Of a stretch of 11,699 nt of DNA, positions 1 to 6,750 are shown in pieces (the first letter of the stretch is position 1; each line of letters begins with the position of its first letter). The stretch comes from Candidatus Sumerlaeia bacterium (GTDB lineage: Bacteria; Sumerlaeota; Sumerlaeia; SLMS01): contig JBBQYG010000132.1 in the NCBI GenBank assembly GCA_038208905.1, positions 1-11,699 on the forward strand. Reading direction: 5' to 3'. The position numbers were made by a program, and so were the translations under genes. A model generated the notes under the pieces. It did not search any database. It was not told the origin of the DNA and was given only the letters and a program-made list of their open reading frames with translations.

Positions 1-142
1 TCCGCTTCACATCCCAATCCGTGTGGCAAACGCCGCTGGCGCGAAGCTCCACCAGCACTTCGCCGGGCCCTGGCGGATCGAGTTCGAACTCGTCCACAAA
101 GGTCCCATCGTTTCCCGTGGTCAGAATGCCGATGGCCTTCAT
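1..142 (-). CDS. Zn-dependent (medium-chain) alcohol dehydrogenase, N-terminal part; runs off the left edge of the window
   Basis: Manual translation from ATG at 142 gives MKAIGILTTGNDGTFVDEFELDPPGPGEVLVELRASGVCHTDWDVKR. It contains the MDR/ADH N-terminal pattern PGPGEVLV...GVCHTD with the catalytic Zn Cys. A purine-rich GGAAGAG lies upstream on the - strand. Not in the ORF track. Confidence 0.88.
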   Translation of the reverse strand, partial: MKAIGILTTGNDGTFVDEFELDPPGPGEVLVELRASGVCHTDWDVKR

Positions 143-241
143 GGCGCGTTGATCTCTTCCCGTGGAGTGGCCGGAAGGTCGGGCCGCCAATCCCCCCGGC
201 GCAAGATGGGATTACTCCTAGCGGCGTTACCGCCTCTGGCG

Positions 242-257
242 CAGGAGATTTCTCCTG
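242..257. promoter_or_regulatory. Perfect 7-2-7 palindrome CAGGAGA-TT-TCTCCTG in the divergent adh/rarA intergenic region; candidate operator
   Basis: The inverted repeat is seen directly. Regulatory function is inferred only from its position between divergent genes. Confidence 0.35.
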
Positions 258-319
258 ACTTCGGGGCGATGGCGTGGCAGGCTGGGGATCGATTAAGGGC
301 AACTATCGGCGAGGTGGAC

Positions 320-1744
320 ATGGACGATCTCTTTGGCAATGCGCAGCCCCTGCGGGAAGGTGCCTCAACAATGCCAGACGCCAGCCGCGCGAGCAACCCG
401 ATGATGAGGCGTCCAGCCGAGGGGCATCAGAATCCCCACATGGTTCAGAAGCCACTGGCGGAGCGCGTCCGCCCCCAGGAGTTCAACGACTATCTGGGCC
501 AGCGCGGCCTCATCGGAGAGAGCGCCCCGCTCCGCCGCCTGATCGAGGGGAACCGCATTCCCTCCATGATCCTGTGGGGCCCTCCGGGGAGCGGCAAGAC
601 GACCCTCGCGCGTTTGATTTCCACCCATGCCGAGGCCGACTTCGTCAGCCTCAGCGCCGTCACCTCCAGCATCGCCGACGTGCGCGGCGTGGTGGACACC
701 GCCAAGTCCAACCTCAAGTACGGGCGCCGCACGATCCTGTTCATCGACGAAATCCACCGCTTCAACAAGGCCCAGCAGGACGCTTTCCTCCCCCACGTGG
801 AGTCCGGCGCCATTACCCTGATCGGCGCCACCACGGAAAATCCCAGCTTCGCCGTGATCGCGCCACTGCTGTCGCGCTGCCGCGTCTTCGTGCTCAAGGC
901 GCTTGCCGAGGACGAAGTCGTTGCCGTCCTCCTCCGCGGGCTTGGCCTCCTCAACCGCGAGCGCCAGCCCGACGAAGTGGAGATCAGCGCCACGGAAGAC
1001 GCCCTACGCATGATCGCGCGCACATCGGATGGGGATGCGCGGCGCGGGCTCGGGCTGCTGGAACTCGCCGCCTCCGTGAAGTGGGCCGACGGCGATGCAG
1101 GCACTCTTACGCCGGAGCAGATCGCCGAAATTTCCCAGCGCCACCTCGTGTACGACAAGACCGGCGAGGAGCACTACAACCTGATCAGCGCGCTGCACAA
1201 GACGCTGCGCTCCTCCGATCCCCACGGCGCCGCCTACTGGACGGGGCGCATCCTCGCTTCGGGGGAGAATCCGCTCTTCGTCGCGCGGCGCCTCGTCCGC
1301 TTCGCCAGCGAGGACATCGGCCTCGCCGATCCCCAGGCCCTCGTCCAGGCGATGGAGGCCATGCGCGCCTACCAGATGCTCGGCCCGCCGGAGGGCGACC
1401 TCGCCCTCATCCAATCTGCCGTATATCTCGCGATGGCGCCGAAATCCAACGCCCTCTACAAGGCCTATGGCGCCATCCGCGCCGAAATCGAGAAATCCGG
1501 CAGCCTCCCGGTCCCCCTCCACCTGCGCAACGCCCCCACCAAGCTGATGAAGGACACCGGCTACGGCGAGGGATACACCTACGACCACGACGCCGCCGGC
1601 AACTTCGCCCCCAAGCAAGGCCTCCCCGATCCCATCGCCGGCCAGAAATACTATGCGCCGTCAGAGCATGGCTTCGAGAAGGCACTCAAGGAACACCTCG
1701 ACAGACTGGACGAGGCGCGGGAGAAGGCGCGGAAGGGAAAGTAG
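320..1744 (+). CDS. rarA: Replication-associated recombination protein A (RarA/MgsA AAA+ ATPase), about 474 aa
   Basis: Motifs: PLAERVRP, Walker A GPPGSGKTT, Walker B ILFIDEIHRFNKAQQD, GATTENPSF, LLSRCRV, and C-terminal HYNLISALHK / ASEDIGLADP / VPLHLRNAPT / GYGEGYTYDHD. Start placed at ATG 320, preceded by GAGGTG, rather than at the ORF-track start of 23. Confidence 0.97.
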   Translation: MDDLFGNAQPLREGASTMPDASRASNPMMRRPAEGHQNPHMVQKPLAERVRPQEFNDYLGQRGLIGESAPLRRLIEGNRIPSMILWGPPGSGKTTLARLISTHAEADFVSLSAVTSSIADVRGVVDTAKSNLKYGRRTILFIDEIHRFNKAQQDAFLPHVESGAITLIGATTENPSFAVIAPLLSRCRVFVLKALAEDEVVAVLLRGLGLLNRERQPDEVEISATEDALRMIARTSDGDARRGLGLLELAASVKWADGDAGTLTPEQIAEISQRHLVYDKTGEEHYNLISALHKTLRSSDPHGAAYWTGRILASGENPLFVARRLVRFASEDIGLADPQALVQAMEAMRAYQMLGPPEGDLALIQSAVYLAMAPKSNALYKAYGAIRAEIEKSGSLPVPLHLRNAPTKLMKDTGYGEGYTYDHDAAGNFAPKQGLPDPIAGQKYYAPSEHGFEKALKEHLDRLDEAREKARKGK

Positions 1745-1749
1745 CCTAC
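1743..1749 (+). repeat. Left copy of 7-bp direct repeat AGCCTAC, overlapping the rarA stop codon
   Basis: Identical heptamer at 4289-4295, the other end of the R-M cassette. Confidence 0.6.
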
Positions 1750-1754
1750 CCTCC

Positions 1755-2168
1755 ATGGACACGTTGACTCCCGAGCAGCGCAGCCGCCTGATGGCTTCGG
1801 TGAAGTGTCGCGACACGAAGCCCGAGTTGATCGTCCGCAGTCTGATCCATCGCGCCGGATATCGGTTCCGCCTCCATTGCCGGAACCTGCCGGGGTGCCC
1901 TGACGTTGTCCTGCCAAGGCACGGCAAGATCGTCCTCGTGCACGGCTGCTTCTGGCACCGCCACCGGGGATGCGGGCTTGCTTCGGTCCCCAAGTCCCGG
2001 GTACTGTATTGGAATGAGAAGTTCGAAGCGAACATGCGGCGCGATAAGCGGACAAGGCGTAAGCTTAAGGCACTGGGTTGGAGCGTGATGGTGGTTTGGG
2101 AATGCGAAACGCGCAAGCCTGCGAAGCTGCTGGCGAGGCTGGAGAGATTCCTTGATGATGAAGGATAG
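1755..2168 (+). CDS. vsr: Very short patch repair (T:G mismatch) endonuclease, about 137 aa
   Basis: MDTLTPEQRSRLMASVKCRDTKPELIVRSLIHRAGYRFRLH...LPGCPDVV...VHGCFWHRH...YWNEKFEANMRRD...GWSVMVVWECE is a typical Vsr signature. Start ATG at 1755. It sits next to a C5 methyltransferase. Confidence 0.96.
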   Translation: MDTLTPEQRSRLMASVKCRDTKPELIVRSLIHRAGYRFRLHCRNLPGCPDVVLPRHGKIVLVHGCFWHRHRGCGLASVPKSRVLYWNEKFEANMRRDKRTRRKLKALGWSVMVVWECETRKPAKLLARLERFLDDEG

Positions 2169-3468
2169 CCGCGCACAAAGGCCGGTGGCAATTGACCTCT
2201 TCGCAGGGGCCGGTGGGCTGTCGCTTGGGATGGAGCAGGCTGGCTTCGATGTGGTTGCGAGCGTCGAACTCGACCCGATTCACTGTGCCATACACGAATT
2301 CAACTTCCCGCGCTGCGAGGTCGTGTGCGCGAGCGTTGCGACGATGACCGGGAGCGAGATTCGCGAAAGGGCCGGAATTGGTCGCCGCCCCGTGGATGTT
2401 CTGGTGGGGGGAGCCCCGTGTCAGGGCTTCTCGATGATCGGCAAGCGAGCGCTCGACGACCCCCGCAATGGACTCGTCCGCCACTTCGTCCGCCTAGCGG
2501 CCGAACTGGAGGCGCGCTTTTTCGTCTTCGAGAATGTCAAGGGCCTGACGGTGGGACGCCATCGCCAGTTCCTCGACGAAGTCATCGGGGAGTTCGATTC
2601 CAACGGCTACGATGTGGCACTCCCGTGGCGGGTCTTGAATGCGGCTTCGTTCGGAGTTCCCCAGGATCGCCAGAGACTCTTCCTGATCGGAGCTCGAAAG
2701 GGACACGCCCTCCCTGTCTATCCCGATCCTAGCTTCGCGATGGCGGGAGAGCAGGCCGATGCCCTGCTACCCTTCGGGCCAACCGTTGCTGACGCGCTAG
2801 ACGATCTGCCCGACGCAGAAGCCTACGCGGAACTGATCGAGTCAGACAAGGCGCGAGTGCGACTTGGCAAGCCATCTGCCTATGCGGCGCGCCTCAGGGG
2901 GATTGCCGAGGATGCGGGCGACTACTCCCATTGCCGGGATTTCGATCCCGCTTGGATGACGTCGAGCCTGCGCGCCGACCATACCGAAACGTCGCGAGAG
3001 AGGTTCCTGCACGCGCGTCACGGCACGACGGAATCGATCAGTCGATTCTTCAAGCTCGATGGCGGCGGCGTGTGCAACACGCTCAGGGCCGGGACCGCCA
3101 GCGATCACGGCGCGTTTACTTCCCCGCGGCCAATTCACCATCGCCATGCGCGCTGCGTCACGGTCCGCGAAATGGCGCGACTGCACTCCTACCCCGATTG
3201 GTTCCGCTTTCACGCGACGAAATGGCATGGCGCCCGGCAGATTGGCAATTCAGTTCCGCCGCTCCTTGGGAGGGCGGTCGGATCGACAATCATTCGCGCG
3301 ATTGGGAATATGCCATTTAGACCGGTGGGGTCCATTGCACTCGGAGAAGAGAGCCTGCTCTGGATGAACATGGCGGGGGCCGCCACCCGGTATGGAGTCC
3401 CGCACGACACAATTCCACAGAGAATTCGCAAGGTGGGCATTGCGGCATATCAGGGAGCGGCCAAATGA
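2155..3468 (+). CDS. DNA (cytosine-5)-methyltransferase, M.XorII-like; predicted target CGATCG
   Basis: C5-MTase motifs: I DLFAGAGG, IV GGAPCQGFS, VI FENVKG, VIII PQDRQR, IX VTVREMARLHSYP, X QIGNSVPPLLG. The N-terminal half strongly resembles my recollection of M.XorII, so the specificity is an inference. GGAGAG precedes ATG 2155; ATG 2158 is an alternative start. Overlaps the vsr stop. Confidence 0.95.
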   Translation: MMKDSRAQRPVAIDLFAGAGGLSLGMEQAGFDVVASVELDPIHCAIHEFNFPRCEVVCASVATMTGSEIRERAGIGRRPVDVLVGGAPCQGFSMIGKRALDDPRNGLVRHFVRLAAELEARFFVFENVKGLTVGRHRQFLDEVIGEFDSNGYDVALPWRVLNAASFGVPQDRQRLFLIGARKGHALPVYPDPSFAMAGEQADALLPFGPTVADALDDLPDAEAYAELIESDKARVRLGKPSAYAARLRGIAEDAGDYSHCRDFDPAWMTSSLRADHTETSRERFLHARHGTTESISRFFKLDGGGVCNTLRAGTASDHGAFTSPRPIHHRHARCVTVREMARLHSYPDWFRFHATKWHGARQIGNSVPPLLGRAVGSTIIRAIGNMPFRPVGSIALGEESLLWMNMAGAATRYGVPHDTIPQRIRKVGIAAYQGAAK

Positions 3469-4283
3469 CAGAGAAGGCAAATAAACCGGCCAAGCCAAAT
3501 GTCTATGGCAAAATCATGGAGTCGATCTTCAAGCGGCAATTCAAGTCCGGATCGAGAGAGGTCCGCTTTGATCGGGAGGAAATCGCCCAAGCCGCCGCGA
3601 AACTCAAGATTTCGCTCCCGAAGAATTTGGGCGACGTAGTCTATTCCTTCCGCTATCGCAATCCCCTCCCTGAATCGATCCGCAGAACTGCGGACGATGG
3701 CTTTGAATGGATCATCGAGGGTGGTGGAATCGGAAAATACCTGATGCGACAGGTTCGACGTGGCAGAATTGTCCCCCGCGCCGATCTGCTCCCAATCAAG
3801 ATTCCAGACTCCACACCGGAGATCATCGCCAAGTACGCATTGGGAGACGAGCAGGCACTCCTCGCGAGAGTCCGCTACAACCGGCTAGTTGATATCTTCC
3901 TCGGCCTGACCACATACAGCCTTCAGAACCACCTTAGGACGACGGTCAAGGGGCTGGGCCAAATCGAGATCGACGAGATATACATAGGGGTGGATAGAAC
4001 CGGTACTCACTTCGTTGTTCCAGTTCAGGCGAAAAGTGGCTCTGACTCCCATTCCGTTGTGCAGACAACTCAGGACCTCGCATGTTGCGCCGCGAAGTTT
4101 CCCGACATGGTATGCCGCCCTGTTGCCGCCCAGTTCATGGAAGGCAACCGCATCGCGATGTTCGAACTCGCACTGGACGATGGCGAGGTGCGCATTGCCC
4201 AAGAGCGACATTTTCGTCTGGTCCCCAGCGACGAGATTTCATCTGAAGACCTAAAGGGTTATCGAACACGAGGGTCCTCGTAG
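3465..4283 (+). CDS. Putative restriction endonuclease (PD-(D/E)xK-like fold with a QxK motif), 272 aa
   Basis: ATGA overlap with the MTase stop. The segment QIEIDEIYIG...VVPVQAK fits a D...(Q)xK nuclease active site. The gene is more AT-rich than its neighbours and sits in the usual position of the R gene. Confidence 0.75.
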   Translation: MTEKANKPAKPNVYGKIMESIFKRQFKSGSREVRFDREEIAQAAAKLKISLPKNLGDVVYSFRYRNPLPESIRRTADDGFEWIIEGGGIGKYLMRQVRRGRIVPRADLLPIKIPDSTPEIIAKYALGDEQALLARVRYNRLVDIFLGLTTYSLQNHLRTTVKGLGQIEIDEIYIGVDRTGTHFVVPVQAKSGSDSHSVVQTTQDLACCAAKFPDMVCRPVAAQFMEGNRIAMFELALDDGEVRIAQERHFRLVPSDEISSEDLKGYRTRGSS

Positions 4284-4288
4284 TTGGC

Positions 4289-4295
4289 AGCCTAC
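4289..4295 (+). repeat. Right copy of 7-bp direct repeat AGCCTAC, containing the plsC stop codon (CTA, 4292-4294)
   Basis: Identical heptamer at 1743-1749. Confidence 0.6.
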
Positions 4296-4936
4296 GCCCG
4301 CCACGCTTCCCTCACCGCCTCGATCAGCCGCTCCTCCGCCGCCTTCCTCGATTCTCCTTCGCGGCGAGTCGGCGCGATCGGCGCGAGGTACCTGACGCGG
4401 ATCGGCACCATTACCCTGGGCCATCGCATGAAGCGCGACCACGCACGGGCGGTGCCCTCGACGACGACGGGGACCACGGGTGCCCCGGTGTGCAGGGCGA
4501 GGCGCGCGAAGCCGGGCTTGAGTGGCTCCTCCCCCTTGCCGGCGCCGCGGCCGCCCTCGGGAAATATGCAGACGAGTTCGCCCGCGCGGAGGAGTTCGAC
4601 CGCCGCGCGATAGGCCGAGGGATCCCTGCCATCCACGTCGATGGGGATCGCGCCCAGCCGGCGAAGGACATGATTTGCCAGCCGCCCCCCAAAGAGCGCC
4701 GACCAGGCAAGAAAGTGAACGCGGCGGCGCACTCGATAGGCGACGGCGGGGGGATCGAGATAAGATAGGTGATTCGGCGCGAGAATGACGGGGCCGGACC
4801 TTGGGACGTTTGAGAGTTCCTCCGCCCGGTGGAAATACAGCAGTGTATAGACAGGCCCGCCGATGAGCTTGGCGACGAGAACATAGTACCAGCGGTAGAG
4901 CGACTGCCGCCCGCGCGACCGCCCGTGGTCAGACAT
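4292..4936 (-). CDS. plsC: Lysophospholipid / 1-acyl-sn-glycerol-3-phosphate acyltransferase (PlsC family), 214 aa
   Basis: HxxxxD catalytic motif NHLSYLD, IFPEGGR motif, and FARLALHTGAPVVPV. The start overlaps the ldh stop by 8 nt. Confidence 0.9.
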   Translation of the reverse strand: MSDHGRSRGRQSLYRWYYVLVAKLIGGPVYTLLYFHRAEELSNVPRSGPVILAPNHLSYLDPPAVAYRVRRRVHFLAWSALFGGRLANHVLRRLGAIPIDVDGRDPSAYRAAVELLRAGELVCIFPEGGRGAGKGEEPLKPGFARLALHTGAPVVPVVVEGTARAWSRFMRWPRVMVPIRVRYLAPIAPTRREGESRKAAEERLIEAVREAWRA

Positions 4937-5912
4937 CGAGGGCGCGATAGACCTGGTCGAGCGTCTCGGCGCTGTGCATCAGGGCATCGTGCTCGCCGGG
5001 GGAAAGGTCCATCTCCATCGGCTCTCCGGCGCCTTCGCGCGTCATCAGGCAGGGGATCGACAGGCACACATCGCCCAGATTGTAGGCGTCGCCAAGTTGG
5101 CGCGATACCGTCATCATGGTGGACTGATTCGACGCGACGGATTCGCATATACGCTGGGTCGCGACGGCGATCGCAAAGTTGGTGGCGCCCTTGCGCTCGA
5201 TGATCTGATACGCTGCCCGCTTCACGCCGTGTTCGATCGCCGCGCGAACTTCCGGCGTGATCGGGCGTCCCACCCGCCGGGCGTAATCCTCCAGCGGATA
5301 TGGGCCCACAACCGCGCGGCTCCACACCAGGACTTCGGAATCGCCATGCTCGCCGATCACGTATGCATGGATATTCCGCGGGTCGATGCTCAGGTGCTGG
5401 CTCAGCAGGAGCCGAAATCGCGCCGTGTCGAGCGTGGTGCCCGTGCCGAAGATCTGGCCCGGCCCAATTCCGCCGAGATGCACCGCCAGGCGCGTCATCA
5501 CATCCACGGGGTTGGTGATGATGCAGAAGATCGCGCCGGGATTGCGGCGCGGGAGCGCGGGAAAGAACTCGGCATAGACCGCCGCGTTGCGCTTCACCAA
5601 GTCGATTCGCGACTCGCCGGAGGCCTGGGCGACGCCGGCATTGATGATGATAAGGTCGCAGTGCTCCACCAGATCGATGCCGCCGGCGGAAAGGCGCACG
5701 GGTTGCGAATAGGGGGTGCAGTGGGAGAGGTCCATCATCTCCCCCACGGCACGCCGCTCATCCTTGTCCACCAGGATCAACTCGCTGGGCTGGCCTTCGT
5801 TGAGCAGCGTGAAAGCGAGAGCCGATCCAACCGCGCCCATGCCGATGATCGCGCCGCGGCGGATGCCCCGGGCAGGCGCACCGTTGTTGATCGGCTCAAT
5901 GGCGGGCGTCAT
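4929..5912 (-). CDS. ldh: L-lactate dehydrogenase, 327 aa
   Basis: Rossmann motif IIGMGAVG. The substrate loop AGVAQASGESRIDL has Gln at the specificity position, indicating LDH rather than MDH. Also NPVD, GTTLDTARFR, catalytic GEHGDSE and IIERKGATNFAI. Confidence 0.93.
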   Translation of the reverse strand: MTPAIEPINNGAPARGIRRGAIIGMGAVGSALAFTLLNEGQPSELILVDKDERRAVGEMMDLSHCTPYSQPVRLSAGGIDLVEHCDLIIINAGVAQASGESRIDLVKRNAAVYAEFFPALPRRNPGAIFCIITNPVDVMTRLAVHLGGIGPGQIFGTGTTLDTARFRLLLSQHLSIDPRNIHAYVIGEHGDSEVLVWSRAVVGPYPLEDYARRVGRPITPEVRAAIEHGVKRAAYQIIERKGATNFAIAVATQRICESVASNQSTMMTVSRQLGDAYNLGDVCLSIPCLMTREGAGEPMEMDLSPGEHDALMHSAETLDQVYRALDV

Positions 5913-5915
5913 CGA

Positions 5916-6746
5916 TCAGCGCCGTTTCAGTTCGGATGCAAGCCCGCGAACATAGTCGGAAACAACGCCATCCAGATCGCCCTTACGCGCGATCGTTTCC
6001 TCGACGAGCGTGATGAGCGAGCTGCCAACGACGACGCCGTCGGCACCCGCCTCAACGGCGGCGCGGACGTGTTCCGGCTTGGAGATTCCGAAGCCAAGCG
6101 CGAGGGGAAGATTCGTGTTCCGGCGGAGCCTCGCCAGATATCCCGCCGACGCCGCCGTCACGCCGCTCAACTGGCCGGTGGTTCCCTTCATGGCGATGCA
6201 ATACAGGAACCCCGTCGAATCCGCCGCGATGGTGGCGAAGCGGTCGTCGGGCGTGGTCGGTGCGACCAGGGTGATAAGGTGAAGGCCGCGCTCTCGGAGG
6301 ATCGCGGAGAATTCCGCCGCTTCCTCGTGCGGAAGGTCGGCAGCAAGAATGCCATCGGCCCCTGCATCGGCGGCGAGGTCGGCACTGTGCTCGAGCCCGC
6401 GCGCGAGATACGGATTGAGGGCGCCAAACAGAATCACCGGCGTGTCGTGGCCCGCGCGGAACTCCTTCAGAATGTCGAGCGTGATAGGAAGCGTCATCCC
6501 CGCCCCCAGCGCCACGGTTGACGACCGCTGGATGATCGGGCCGTCGGCGATGGGATCGCTGAAAGGGACGCCCAACTCGATCAAGTCGCAGCCCGACTTG
6601 GCGAGAACCGGCAGGAGGCGGCGCGTCGTTGCTGCGTCGGGAAAACCGCTAGTCAGGTAGAGGACGAGTGCGGAGCGCTTCTCCTGGGCACAACGCTGGA
6701 ACAACGAATCGACTCGGTTGCGAACTGCCATTGGGGGAAATGCCAT
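5916..6746 (-). CDS. trpA: Tryptophan synthase alpha chain (no trpB in the window)
   Basis: IELGVPFSDPIADGPIIQ (catalytic Glu and Asp), DLPHEE, LVAPTT, GTTG loop, LGFGIS and ADGVVVGS. An alternative start is ATG at 6731. Confidence 0.95.
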   Translation of the reverse strand: MAFPPMAVRNRVDSLFQRCAQEKRSALVLYLTSGFPDAATTRRLLPVLAKSGCDLIELGVPFSDPIADGPIIQRSSTVALGAGMTLPITLDILKEFRAGHDTPVILFGALNPYLARGLEHSADLAADAGADGILAADLPHEEAAEFSAILRERGLHLITLVAPTTPDDRFATIAADSTGFLYCIAMKGTTGQLSGVTAASAGYLARLRRNTNLPLALGFGISKPEHVRAAVEAGADGVVVGSSLITLVEETIARKGDLDGVVSDYVRGLASELKRR

Positions 6747-6750
6747 GCGG

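Noticed and set aside
23..319. 99-aa N-terminal extension of the rarA ORF in the ORF track
   Set aside because: It overlaps the opposite-strand ADH gene (1-142) and has no RarA-like sequence. ATG 320 has a good SD.
274..1767. 497-aa alternative-frame ORF over rarA
   Set aside because: Arg/Pro/Gly-rich with no motifs; a typical shadow ORF caused by high GC at third codon positions.
1745..4290. Calling the R-M cassette an IS, transposon or prophage remnant
   Set aside because: There is no transposase, integrase, terminal inverted repeat or phage gene. Only the 7-bp direct repeat supports insertion.
4974..6521. 515-aa antisense ORF over ldh and trpA
   Set aside because: It mirrors two well-supported - strand genes and has no recognisable motifs. 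Stop-poor antisense frames are expected in GC-rich DNA.
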